DNA from: Thermofilaceae archaeon
GTDB lineage: Archaea > Thermoproteota > Thermoprotei > Thermofilales > Thermofilaceae
Reading direction: 5' to 3'
Length of the DNA: 43,204 nucleotides
Assembly (NCBI GenBank): GCA_038727095.1
Contig: JAVYWK010000016.1
Coordinates: 1 to 43,204, forward strand
Both the position numbers and the translations under genes were made by a program. Numbering within the stretch: the first letter of the stretch is position 1; each line of letters opens with the position of its first letter. The notes under the pieces were generated by a model. That model was not told the origin of the DNA and searched no databases. It was given only the letters and a program-made list of their open reading frames with translations. Below are positions 1 to 8,925 of the stretch, in pieces.

Positions 1-339
1 CCCGATTCCCAGAAGCTCGTTCACCGCGACAACGGTCGCGGCTGCGCTTGCACCGGAGGAGCCTAACCCCGAGCCCACGGGAACCCCCTTCCGAACCCTG
101 ATCAGGACTCCGGTCTCCCTCCCGTAGACCTTCGTCAACAAATGCTGCGCAGCTGCATAGGCCACGTTCATCTTCCCCGAGGGCACGTTCTCTCCTTCCG
201 CTTCGACCTTCAATTCTCCACCTGTTTCCTCTGCTACGACCTCATCGTAGAAGGCCTCAATAGCCATCGCTGCCGCGTCGAAGAGGCAGCCCAGGTTGGC
301 TATGCTAGCCGGCGCCCTAACCACGACCCTGCCGGGCAT
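1..339 (-). CDS. thrB: Homoserine kinase (GHMP kinase), runs off the left edge
   Basis: Not in the ORF track. Manual translation from ATG at 339 gives MPGRVVVRAPASIANLGCLFDAAAMA (ThrB-type APASxANLGxxFD) and later KGVPVGSGLGSSGASAAA (GHMP ATP-binding motif). Confidence 0.9.
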   Translation of the reverse strand, partial: MPGRVVVRAPASIANLGCLFDAAAMAIEAFYDEVVAEETGGELKVEAEGENVPSGKMNVAYAAAQHLLTKVYGRETGVLIRVRKGVPVGSGLGSSGASAAATVVAVNELLGIG

Positions 340-366
340 TACGTTGAACAGCTGCGACGCCGCATG

Positions 367-374
367 TTTTAAAA
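367..374. promoter_or_regulatory. Palindromic TATA box (TTTTAAAA), probably shared by divergent thrB and metB
   Basis: Only AT-rich octamer in the 56-nt gap; about 22 nt before the metB GTG (396) and about 28 nt before the thrB ATG (339). Confidence 0.55.
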
Positions 375-395
375 TGCTAGCGGGGAGGCTATCGC

Positions 396-1553
396 GTGAG
401 GTTCGCGACGAAACTCGTTCACGGGCACAGTTACTTCGATGAGAAGACAGGAGCGTTTATTCCTCCGATCTACCAAACGGCTATGTTCGAGCAGCCTGAG
501 CGGGCTACGGGCGAGACGCGATTGACGGACAGAGGTACTGAACTTAAGTACTCGAGGGAGGAGAACCCCACTGTTCGCTCCCTCGAGCGCGCGCTGGCTG
601 CTGCAGAAGGGGCAGATGATTCCCTCGCCTTCTCCAGCGGGATGGCTGCGATCTCAACCGCGTACCTCGCTTTACTCAGGAGTGGAGCTCGGATCGTTGT
701 GACCATGGAGGGATATGGGACAACTATCCAGTTGGCCTCGGATCTAGGGAAGTTCGGTGTAAAGTCTGTGAAGGTTTGGCCAGCGGCCGAGGCGTTCATC
801 GAAGAAGTGGGGGGAGGGGACGTAGTGCTAATCGAGACGGTCACCAACCCGACGCTGAGGGTTGTTGATGTACCGGAGGTCGCAAAGTGGTGTCGAGAGG
901 TGGGGGCGACGTTAATCGTTGATAACACCTTCGCGTCGCCCGTCGTCTTTAAGCCGATCCGAGCGGGAGCACACATGGTCGTCGAGAGTCTCACCAAGTA
1001 CATCGCTGGGCACAACGATGTGCTGGGTGGATGCATAGCCGGCCCTAACGGCTCAATCAGGGGGCTCTGGGAGTGGCGGAGGAAGCTCGGCACCGTGATG
1101 AACCCGTTTGAGGCTTTCCTCGTGCTGAGGGGTCTGAAGACGCTGGAGATCAGGTACGAAAGGGTCTCGCGCACGGCACTAGAGCTGGCGGAGTTCCTGG
1201 AGGATCATCCGAAGGTTGTGGAGGTACTGTACCCCGGTTTGTCTTCGAGCCCCTACAAGAGCATCGCTGACAGGATCTTTGAGAGGAGGCTGTACGGTGG
1301 AGTGCTATCGTTCAAGGTTAAGGGCGGAAGAAACGAGGCGTTGCAAGTGCTGCGAAGGGTCCGCGTTATCCGACCGGCGCCCAGCCTAGGGGGCACTGAA
1401 AGCTTGCTGACGTACCCCGTGATCAGCGCGGCTAAAATGATGCCGGAGGAGGATAGGGTCAAGCTGGGGATTGCCGATAACCTGCTCCGCCTCTCCGTGG
1501 GCTTGGAGGATCCGGAGGATCTCAAGGAGGATCTGTCCTCCGCCCTCGAGTAA
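396..1553 (+). CDS. metB: Cystathionine gamma-synthase family PLP enzyme (Cys/Met metabolism)
   Basis: PPIYQT, YSREENPT, FSSGMAAI, ETVTNP, VDNTFASP, PLP-lysine motif ESLTKYIAGHND, SLGGTESL, RLSVGLED. Exact reaction (synthase or lyase) not resolvable from sequence. Confidence 0.85.
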   Translation: MRFATKLVHGHSYFDEKTGAFIPPIYQTAMFEQPERATGETRLTDRGTELKYSREENPTVRSLERALAAAEGADDSLAFSSGMAAISTAYLALLRSGARIVVTMEGYGTTIQLASDLGKFGVKSVKVWPAAEAFIEEVGGGDVVLIETVTNPTLRVVDVPEVAKWCREVGATLIVDNTFASPVVFKPIRAGAHMVVESLTKYIAGHNDVLGGCIAGPNGSIRGLWEWRRKLGTVMNPFEAFLVLRGLKTLEIRYERVSRTALELAEFLEDHPKVVEVLYPGLSSSPYKSIADRIFERRLYGGVLSFKVKGGRNEALQVLRRVRVIRPAPSLGGTESLLTYPVISAAKMMPEEDRVKLGIADNLLRLSVGLEDPEDLKEDLSSALE

Positions 1554-1583
1554 GAGATATAGGGACGAGTAATTCTTGATTTC

Positions 1584-1796
1584 ATGATGAAGCCAGAGGA
1601 AGTTTTTGGGGTGAATGCGGGTAAAGTCTGGAAGGTTCTAAAGGAGGCGGGGAAGCCGCTGACGGTCAAGGAGATCGTCCGAGCTACTGGCTTAAAACTC
1701 ACAGATGTGTATGGTGCTCTGGGCTGGCTGGGAAGAGAGGGTAAAATCGAGATCGTGAGGGAAAAGAAGAGGTTGATGTACAAGCTTCTCGAGTGA
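1584..1796 (+). CDS. Small winged helix-turn-helix protein (DUF2582-like)
   Basis: FGVNAGKVWKVL...ALGWLGREGKI pattern; stop overlaps the next start (GTGA). Confidence 0.75.
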   Translation: MMKPEEVFGVNAGKVWKVLKEAGKPLTVKEIVRATGLKLTDVYGALGWLGREGKIEIVREKKRLMYKLLE

Positions 1797-2524
1797 GCAT
1801 TTATCACCAGTTAAAGTCTTATGGGGTGGCGAGCTGGGAACTTGTGAGAAGGAGCGAGATAGCCAAGCTGATTGACTACGCTCTAGTCCACCCCACCCAT
1901 ACCATAAGTGATGTTGAAAGAGCCTGCTTGGAGGCCATCAGGTTGGGTATAGGAGCCATTTGCGTTTTACCCCCCTTCATAGGGTTCGCAACTAAGATGC
2001 TGGCCGGAACCGGGTGTAAGGTATGCGGCGTAGTAGCCTTCCCCTTTGGTGCAAGCCCGACGGAAGTGAAGACTAAGGAGGCGGTGCTGGCCGTCGAGCA
2101 GGGGGCCGATGAGATAGATTTCGTGATGAACATCCCCCTATTCAAGTCTGGTAGGCTCGATGAGGTGCAGCGCGATATTGAGGCTGTGACGAGCGCGGCC
2201 AAGCAGGCTGGTGAGAAAAGAGGCGGGGATATCGTCGTTAAGGTGATAATCGAGACGGGCTACTTAACCCCCGCTGAAATAGTCAAAGCGAGCAGGATTG
2301 TAGAAGAGGCTGGCGCGGATTTCGTAAAGACGTGCACTGGCTTCGGGCCTCGAGGGGCTACCATTGAGGACGTTAACCTGATTCTAAGCGCTGTAAGTAG
2401 GGCGAAGGTGAAAGCTGCGGGTGGCATCTCGACATACGAGAAAGCCGTTGAGTTCGTGAAAGCTGGTGCCGCTAGAATCGGGACATCGCGTGCTGTGGAA
2501 ATTCTCAGCGCAGCTCCCGAGTAA
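1793..2524 (+). CDS. deoC: Deoxyribose-phosphate aldolase
   Basis: VAFPFG, GADEIDFVMN, VKVIIETGYL, GADFVKTCTGF (Schiff-base Lys), VKAAGGI, GAARIGTS. Confidence 0.95.
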   Translation: MSIYHQLKSYGVASWELVRRSEIAKLIDYALVHPTHTISDVERACLEAIRLGIGAICVLPPFIGFATKMLAGTGCKVCGVVAFPFGASPTEVKTKEAVLAVEQGADEIDFVMNIPLFKSGRLDEVQRDIEAVTSAAKQAGEKRGGDIVVKVIIETGYLTPAEIVKASRIVEEAGADFVKTCTGFGPRGATIEDVNLILSAVSRAKVKAAGGISTYEKAVEFVKAGAARIGTSRAVEILSAAPE

Positions 2525-2915
2525 GGCTGATTAACGCCCTATTGACGCCCGTCACGCCCCTTACGCGCCTGATATCCTCGACCAACCTTAACACTCTCTC
2601 AGATTCCCCTTTTACGACAAGAGCCTCGATGCACTCGTCTTCGCCCGCGTGCACGTGCAAAGTGGAAACTATTACATCGAGATACTGGTGTCCCAGCCTC
2701 CTTAAACGCTCAGCCGCGTAGTGCCCCGTAAACCTGTAAGTGACAAGGCCTATAACAGGGCCTCTAACGTCTTCACGAGAGTTCTCAAGGAGCAGCCTTA
2801 CGGCTTCAGCGATTGCTTGGCTCCTGCTCCGGAACGAACGGGCGGCAATCTTGTCAAGCTCGGCCAGAAGCTTCTCCGGTATCGTGATCGACACGCGTAC
2901 TCTCCTTTCGCCCAC
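2505..2915 (-). CDS. nikR: NikR-family ribbon-helix-helix, nickel-responsive regulator
   Basis: N-terminal RHH (RVSITIPEKLL...SRSQAIAEAVR) and H...HxH...C metal ligands in HQYLDVIVSTLHVHAGEDECIE. Confidence 0.85.
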   Translation of the reverse strand: MGERRVRVSITIPEKLLAELDKIAARSFRSRSQAIAEAVRLLLENSREDVRGPVIGLVTYRFTGHYAAERLRRLGHQYLDVIVSTLHVHAGEDECIEALVVKGESERVLRLVEDIRRVRGVTGVNRALISLTRELR

Positions 2916-2999
2916 TCAGCACGGATTTTAGGGAGAGCTAAAAATGTGATGGGGAAGCGAAAGCGCTTTTAGGCGAGTGGGGAGGGGTTTGGCGCGCCT

Positions 3000-3204
3000 A
3001 TGAGCGCGGTCAGGCGTAGGGTGTTCATCGTCAGCTACCGGCGAGGCAGCATTTACCGGAAGGAAGGTGGCGTGCCCTCTACCCAATGGTGGGAAGGTTC
3101 AAGGGAGAGTAGTTAGAGTGCACGGACGCAGCGGTAGGTTGATTGCGAGGTTCAGGAAACCGCTACCCGGTCAAGCCCTTGGGAAAACGGCACCGACCGT
3201 TTGA
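3000..3204 (+). pseudogene. rpl35ae: Ribosomal protein L35Ae (eL33) gene with internal deletion and frameshift
   Basis: ATG at 3000 gives MSAVRRRVFIVSYRRGS (L35Ae SYRRG motif). The +1 frame from 3043 gives EAAFTGRKVACPLPNGGKVQGRVVRVHGRSGRLIARFRKPLPGQALGKTAPTV* (L35Ae C-terminal signature). Span is 205 nt, not a multiple of 3; the middle segment is absent. Confidence 0.8.
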
Positions 3205-3269
3205 ATCAACCTGTGCCTGAAGCATTACGTTTATTTAATCACTTTTGAAACTCCATACCTACGAGCCTA

Positions 3270-3482
3270 ATGGGGCCTTCAAGAGGCACGATAGTTGAGG
3301 TGGAGGTCGACCACCGGAGGATACCGTATGCCGAGTTTGTGAAGATGTTGAGTAGTTTTAATGGTAAGATTCTCTCTCGCGACGGGTTCTGGCCTCTCTC
3401 CAAGTATAAGGTTTTAGTGCCTCGGAAAGGGGCTAGAGAATTGATCCGACTCCTTGAGGAGGCTCAACGTAGCGAAGCCTAA
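3270..3482 (+). CDS. Hypothetical 70-aa protein
   Basis: ATG start with AT-rich TATA-like sequence upstream (3230-3240); protein-like composition; 50-nt convergent overlap with next gene. Confidence 0.6.
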   Translation: MGPSRGTIVEVEVDHRRIPYAEFVKMLSSFNGKILSRDGFWPLSKYKVLVPRKGARELIRLLEEAQRSEA

Positions 3483-3924
3483 GCTTCGCTAACTCCCTTA
3501 AAACGGATTCTATAAAATGATCTACCTCCTCCCTTCTAACCCCCTTCTTCGAGGCCTCCCTCTTGACGATCTCCTCAACCACCGCGTAGCGCTTGTACCG
3601 TTCGTTTAACTCCTTCCACGGCAAGCCGGCGAGGGCCTTAGCGATCCTTTCATCGTAGGGGAGCACGCCACGGAGCATCAGGACGGCGATTATGGGGTAG
3701 CCGATGTACCCCCTGAACTTAGTCCCGTTGTCATTGCTGTAAGCCTCGCCTCTCTCCGGGTCTACGTAAACCCTGTACTCCCTATCCCCCATCGAAGAAC
3801 CCACAACAGCTTCCTTGCCACTTATGAGGCTAATTCGGCCATCTGCGATGGAGCCGAGCGCCTCTAAGACCTTTATTCTTGGAGGCATGTCCAGTACTTT
3901 GCCTACAAGGGCCACGTGAGACAA
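3433..3924 (-). CDS. Conserved hypothetical protein (start may be ATG 3888, MPPRIKVLEALG)
   Basis: PPRIKVLEALGSIADGRI...SNDNGT..GYIGYPIIA..WKELN looks like a conserved uncharacterised family; function unknown. Confidence 0.75.
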   Translation of the reverse strand: MSHVALVGKVLDMPPRIKVLEALGSIADGRISLISGKEAVVGSSMGDREYRVYVDPERGEAYSNDNGTKFRGYIGYPIIAVLMLRGVLPYDERIAKALAGLPWKELNERYKRYAVVEEIVKREASKKGVRREEVDHFIESVLRELAKLRLRYVEPPQGVGSIL

Positions 3925-4004
3925 AACTCCCCGATCCTAATAACGCTTTCCGTGCAGATAATGTGTGTGAGCCGCCGGGATCCGGTTAACGGGAAGGCTT
4001 TGAC

Positions 4005-6122
4005 TTAGGCCCGCAAGCGAATAGTGGTGCTGGTGCACTTCACTTTCAGTAGCGGCTGCTCCTCGGTGATTTCTCCCCCCTCGACCTTCACCTTGCGCTC
4101 GGTCTTCGCGATGAGTAAACCGGCCTCTTTCAGTTTGAGAATGGCTTCGTCTTCGAAGATACATGCGTGCTCGATGCCTCGAGGCATGATATAGACGTTG
4201 TTCAAGCCCACTGGATCTAGCCAGCCGCGCCTCGGAGCTATTATGAACAGTTTCACTCCCATTGGTTCGAGCTCGAATTGCAGCTCGCCCTCTCCCAGTT
4301 CCCCGCTGAAGTACTCGTAAACCCAGTACTTGCCTGATGGGAGCAGCGCGTCAGGGGGTGCCACGCGGCCTTTCACCACGGCGTCGCCCCTATGGATGTT
4401 GAAGGCTGCTACAATACCATACGTTCCGACACCATCCACGGTGACCTGGGTGAAGATCTTGAGGGGGACAGCCTCGTTGTAGGGATCGTGCATGAGGCTA
4501 TCCTCGGTAGGTAGGGCTGGAAAATCGGGGAGAGGTAAGCTCCCGTCGCTGAACGCGAGTGGCTTAACGATCTCCGCTACTGTTTTCCCGGGCTCATCCG
4601 TCACGTAGACGGGACCCCCGCTGACCGCTCGGGCTACGGCTTGCTGGAGGGCCCACGGATCGTGGCTCTGGAACATGTCCCAGTCGGGCCAAACGACTTG
4701 AGACATGAACAGGGCATTGTAAGCGTTAAAGTACAGGTGGAGCTTGTCCCTCGACTTCCTGTGCGGAACTATGTAGTCGACGCAGTTCCTCGCAACCGTT
4801 GAGCGTAGCCAGTTGAAAGCATTCTCAGGCTGCTGGGCCATGCAATTGAGAACCTCCAGCGAGTTCACGTAAGCCGCGGCTTCAAGACCCTCGTGCAGCT
4901 CGCGCGCAGCCCTCTCGATGGGGGTACGCCCAGAGTAAGCGTAGCCGACGAAAGACTGATTATCGACCTTGACGAAGTCGAAACCCCACCTCCTAAGCTC
5001 GGTGTACCAATCCTTGAAGAGCTCGAAGGCTTTAAGCGGGTTGGGTACGAGGTAGTTGTCTATCTCGACCAGATGCTCGCGCCACCGCTCGGCGAGCTCG
5101 CTACCCTTAGCTACTCCACCCCAGTGAACGTTGAGCGTGTGCCAGAGTCCGACGTACTTGACGCCGAGCTTCTTCAACTCGCTAATCAGGGGGGCGAAGC
5201 CTCCCGGGAACTTTCTCTCATCAGGGAGCAGCCTCCTTATCCTCTGCCCAGGCCACGGGGCTGTCTCCTCGTCCTGCCACCCGTCGTCGATGAGGACGAA
5301 GCCCGCTCTAACCCCCTTTTCGAGAAGCGATTTATAGGCTGCCAGGGCCTTCTCAGCCGTCGGTTCACGCCAGCACGCGTTCCAGCTGCACCAACCCAGG
5401 TAGCGGAACACGTCGGGGAGACTCTTGTTCCCCCTGAGGGTTTCCGGCTTCCCCAGCAGTGTTAACGCCGCCTCGTAAGCAGCCTCAACGGCCCTGTAGG
5501 GGCTTGGTGAAGCCGAAAGGGTTAGGAGAAGGGCTTTCTTCCATCGCGTGGGCGCGGCGCCGTGAAGTAGCACGCTAAATTCCTTCCCGTCAAATTTGGA
5601 GATGTACCCTCGAGCACCCGAGTTTGACACAGGCAGGATGAAAAGGTAGCCTCGGGCGCCCCTGCCGAGCAGCTGGGAAACCTTCAGGTTCCTAGGTAGA
5701 CCGTCGAAGCTGGACGCGTGGAGGGGGTAGCTCCATGGGCAGTACTCAAATTCTTCCGCCTCCCTGAGTTGAGGGTACTGGTAGGGCTCGGGCGCGTCTT
5801 GAAAGTACTTGTCCGGGTCGTAGGTGAAGTGGTAGAGGAGGAGCCTATCAAACCCCTCCAGCCTCGCCCTCAGCTCGGCTACAAGTCCGCTCTCGCTCGC
5901 TCCCTCAGTCTCTGCAACGATAACCGTCGCTTCAGCGCTCGGCTCGATGAAGTGTAGCACACCAACCCCCTCCGGGTACCGCACGCGAGCAACCCCCGGC
6001 AGCAGCTCGATAGAGGTGGGGTCCGACGGCTCCCTGACTAAGGCGAGCCTGGGCTTGAAACTGAACCTGAAACCGTCTTTCTCAATCGAGATCTCCACGC
6101 CTGAAGATGAGATTCGCGCCAC
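4005..6122 (-). CDS. Sip1/raffinose-synthase-type alpha-galactosidase (GH36)
   Basis: LGWCSWNA, LIDDGWQ, VGLWHTL..HWGG, FVKVDNQ, PDWDMFQS, RAVSGGPVYVTD. Start placed at GTG 6122, about 23 nt after a TTTAATA box (ORF track extends to 6179). Confidence 0.9.
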   Translation of the reverse strand: MARISSSGVEISIEKDGFRFSFKPRLALVREPSDPTSIELLPGVARVRYPEGVGVLHFIEPSAEATVIVAETEGASESGLVAELRARLEGFDRLLLYHFTYDPDKYFQDAPEPYQYPQLREAEEFEYCPWSYPLHASSFDGLPRNLKVSQLLGRGARGYLFILPVSNSGARGYISKFDGKEFSVLLHGAAPTRWKKALLLTLSASPSPYRAVEAAYEAALTLLGKPETLRGNKSLPDVFRYLGWCSWNACWREPTAEKALAAYKSLLEKGVRAGFVLIDDGWQDEETAPWPGQRIRRLLPDERKFPGGFAPLISELKKLGVKYVGLWHTLNVHWGGVAKGSELAERWREHLVEIDNYLVPNPLKAFELFKDWYTELRRWGFDFVKVDNQSFVGYAYSGRTPIERAARELHEGLEAAAYVNSLEVLNCMAQQPENAFNWLRSTVARNCVDYIVPHRKSRDKLHLYFNAYNALFMSQVVWPDWDMFQSHDPWALQQAVARAVSGGPVYVTDEPGKTVAEIVKPLAFSDGSLPLPDFPALPTEDSLMHDPYNEAVPLKIFTQVTVDGVGTYGIVAAFNIHRGDAVVKGRVAPPDALLPSGKYWVYEYFSGELGEGELQFELEPMGVKLFIIAPRRGWLDPVGLNNVYIMPRGIEHACIFEDEAILKLKEAGLLIAKTERKVKVEGGEITEEQPLLKVKCTSTTIRLRA

Positions 6123-6181
6123 GGGGATCGACGACGGAGGGTCGGTATTAAATGTGATCATGTTTTTAATGCCCCACACAA

Positions 6182-6676
6182 ATGGAACTTAGGGTGGCAT
6201 TGGCAAGGGTCGTTGAGGTACACACCAGTTCTCTCTCGTTCGTGAAGATGGTCGATAGATCGAGCACGCTGCTCGTAGTACCCGTGCCGAGCAGTAGGGG
6301 GAGCGGGAGAGCGTTGCTACTCTTCGTTGCTAGGAGCAGGGGTAGAAAATCGAGGTGGTGGTCACCAACGATCGCTCTCTCGGGGCGCCCGTTAGTCTCC
6401 CTGATGGAAGCATTGAGGGGGACCGAAAGGGGGAGGGGAGGGGTAGCGTTCAAATCCAAGAGTGGCTTCTTCATAGCGCTCAGGCGTAGGGGGGCTGAGG
6501 GCCTCCTCCTCATCGGGCAGGGGGGCGTCCCCTTTGCCTCGTTCAGGCTGAGGAAGAGCGATGCCGCTAAGCTCGCCGAAATGCTAGAAAGAGCTTTGAG
6601 CTGGCCTCCAGCCGAGCTACCCACGCCTCTCTCATGGAAGGTTAAGGAGGCACTCTTCGGGAGGTACGTCAGCTGA
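6182..6676 (+). CDS. Hypothetical basic protein
   Basis: Fills the gap between the two sugar genes; TTTTTAAT box at 6163-6170; 8-nt convergent overlap with the kinase gene. Confidence 0.55.
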   Translation: MELRVALARVVEVHTSSLSFVKMVDRSSTLLVVPVPSSRGSGRALLLFVARSRGRKSRWWSPTIALSGRPLVSLMEALRGTERGRGGVAFKSKSGFFIALRRRGAEGLLLIGQGGVPFASFRLRKSDAAKLAEMLERALSWPPAELPTPLSWKVKEALFGRYVS

Positions 6677-7655
6677 GTAGACCATACCTCCTTAAAGAGC
6701 TCCTCAAGTTTTCGACTATTGTCCCCTCTACTTCAACCCCGTCAAGCAAGTAGGCTAGGAGTAGAGCGCCAGCGACGGGCGGCAGCTCAGGCTTGATCAG
6801 CTCCACTTTGAATTGCTCCTCAAGGTGCCTCTTAAAGGGCTCGAGGATCACCGGCCCAGCCCTAAAAACTCCGCCTACAGTCGCAACTTTGATCGGTTGT
6901 TCATCCCTCATGTTCAGCTTATCTACGAGGGTTACGACGTGAAGCGCTAGGTGCTTCGCGGCTTCTTCAACGATCCTTTGAGCGACAGCATCGCCAGCGC
7001 TAGCGAGCTCGGTTACGATTGGGGCGAGCTTCGCTACATCGCTTATGCTCATCTTCTCCACGTAGAGCTTCCTCAGAATCTCGTCCGGCGATGAAATGCC
7101 TAGAGCTTCCAGAATCCTCGTAGTAAGGGCCGTCTGAGCCCCTCTGCCGTCGAAAGCCCAGAGGACGGCCCGCAGGGCTTCGCAAGCGATGTAGAAGGCG
7201 CTTCCTTCATCGCCCACTAGGTAGCCCCAACCGCCGCATCTCGCGTACTCGCCCCTCCTGTTCCGTGCTCCGGCAACAGACCCGGTGCCAGCAATCACTA
7301 TGACCCCCGGCTTCCCGAGCGTGGCACCGACGAGGGCTATCTCAGCGTCGTGCCGGACGTAGACCCTTCTCCCGATGATGCGCGGAACAGCCTTCTCTTC
7401 GAAGAGCTTGAAGTCGTAGGCTGTATCCATCCCAGCCAAGCCCAGCACAACCACGTCCGCCGAGCCAGCGCCAGCTGGAGCGAGCGCGCCCCTGATAGCG
7501 GTGTTTATGTTCTCCACCGCGCCATCGAGGCCCACCACGTGGTAGTTGCTGGGGCCACTTTCGTGAACGCCAATCACGTTTCCCCGCTCATCTGCCGCAA
7601 CCGCAAGAGTTTTCGTTGCACCACCGTCTACACCCACGCGCAGTTTCCCAGGCAT
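6669..7655 (-). CDS. BadF/BadG/BcrA/BcrD-type sugar kinase (N-acetylglucosamine/hexokinase-like)
   Basis: Real start is ATG 7655 (MPGKLRVGVDGGATKT); GLAGMD, HDAEIAL, IAGTGS, GGWGYLVGDEGSA. The ORF extension to 8003 is antisense to the fucosidase. Confidence 0.9.
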   Translation of the reverse strand: MPGKLRVGVDGGATKTLAVAADERGNVIGVHESGPSNYHVVGLDGAVENINTAIRGALAPAGAGSADVVVLGLAGMDTAYDFKLFEEKAVPRIIGRRVYVRHDAEIALVGATLGKPGVIVIAGTGSVAGARNRRGEYARCGGWGYLVGDEGSAFYIACEALRAVLWAFDGRGAQTALTTRILEALGISSPDEILRKLYVEKMSISDVAKLAPIVTELASAGDAVAQRIVEEAAKHLALHVVTLVDKLNMRDEQPIKVATVGGVFRAGPVILEPFKRHLEEQFKVELIKPELPPVAGALLLAYLLDGVEVEGTIVENLRSSLRRYGLLS

Positions 7656-7728
7656 GATCGGGTAGAAGTTGTGCTGATAAATGAGGGTGACGCAAGTCTT
7701 AACTAAGTGAGAGCGAGAGTATGCTCCT

Positions 7729-8886
7729 GTGGAGGAGAAGTTAAGATGGTTTGTAGAGGCGCGTTTCGGCATGTTCATCCACTGGGGGCTATACTCGCTG
7801 CTCGGTCGGGGGGAATGGGTAATGTTCCTGGAGGGAATCCCCCGCGAGGAGTACGCGAAGCTGGCTGAAAGCTTTAAGGCTGAAAGATTCGATGCGGAGG
7901 AGTGGGCTCTCACCGCGAAAGAGGCGGGTATGCGATACATAGTCCTCACAGCTAGGCACCACGATGGTTTCAGCCTGTTCGATACTAAGCTCTCCGACTT
8001 CAAGTCGACGAATACCCCAGCTGCCCGAGACGTGGTTGCCGAGTACGTGGAAGCCTGCAGGAAAGCCGGGTTAAAGGTCGGACTATACTACTCCTTGCTT
8101 GACTGGAGATGGGAGGAGTACTGGAGGGGGCCACAGAGAGATCCACAGGGGTGGGAAAGGTTCCTCGAGTACGTGCACGGACAGGTTGAGGAGCTCTGCA
8201 GCAACTACGGCCGGATTGACGTACTCTGGTTTGATGGGGGTTGGCCCTACAAGCCAGAGGATTGGAGAGCCCAGGAGCTCCTAGATAAAGTGAGACAGCT
8301 GCAGCCGCACATTCTCGTTAACAACAGGACCGGGCTTCCTGGGGATTTCGACACGCCTGAACAGCATGTGCCGTGGTGGTCGCCGCCGAGGAGAGCTTGG
8401 GAGACCTGCATGACGATGAACGACAGCTGGGGGTACTTCGAAGCGGACAGGAACTGGAAGACCCCCCGCCAGATCATTAGCACGCTGGTTCAAGTCGTCA
8501 GCTTAGGCGGCAACCTCCTGCTGAACGTGGGGCCGGGAGGTGACGGAAGCTTTCCCCCGGAAGCGGTTGAGATTCTCTCCCACGTTGGCTCGTGGCTCCG
8601 CAGGAACGGTGAGTCAATCTACGGTGCAACAGGAGCTCCCTTCACAACCACGGTGGGCCCGACGACGATGAAGGGAAACAAGGCGTACGTTCACGCACTT
8701 CGTTGGCCGGGATCAAAGATCACCGTGGCCAACGTAGGCTTCAGAGTATTAGCGGCGCGCCTGCTAGCGGACGGTAGAGAGCTAAAGTTCAGGCAGGACG
8801 GAAGCAGGGTTTTCTTAGAAGGTTTACCCCCTCAACCCCCGGATCCCTACGATACCGTGATCGAGCTGGAGATAGAACTTCGATAA
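7729..8886 (+). CDS. Alpha-L-fucosidase (GH29)
   Basis: ARFGMFIHWGLYS, LTARHHDGF, GLYYSLLDW, LWFDG (nucleophile Asp), WETCMTMNDSWGY, GGNLLLNVGP. Confidence 0.93.
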   Translation: MEEKLRWFVEARFGMFIHWGLYSLLGRGEWVMFLEGIPREEYAKLAESFKAERFDAEEWALTAKEAGMRYIVLTARHHDGFSLFDTKLSDFKSTNTPAARDVVAEYVEACRKAGLKVGLYYSLLDWRWEEYWRGPQRDPQGWERFLEYVHGQVEELCSNYGRIDVLWFDGGWPYKPEDWRAQELLDKVRQLQPHILVNNRTGLPGDFDTPEQHVPWWSPPRRAWETCMTMNDSWGYFEADRNWKTPRQIISTLVQVVSLGGNLLLNVGPGGDGSFPPEAVEILSHVGSWLRRNGESIYGATGAPFTTTVGPTTMKGNKAYVHALRWPGSKITVANVGFRVLAARLLADGRELKFRQDGSRVFLEGLPPQPPDPYDTVIELEIELR

Positions 8887-8925
8887 GGCGCAGGCATATT
8901 TACCTTCCTCTCTCCCCCTTACCGC

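Noticed and set aside
142-372. 76-aa plus-strand ORF in the track
   Set aside because: Antisense shadow of the thrB gene, which has clear GHMP motifs.
7656-8003. N-terminal extension of the 444-aa kinase ORF, suggesting a fusion
   Set aside because: Antisense to the fucosidase; the kinase motif starts right after ATG 7655.
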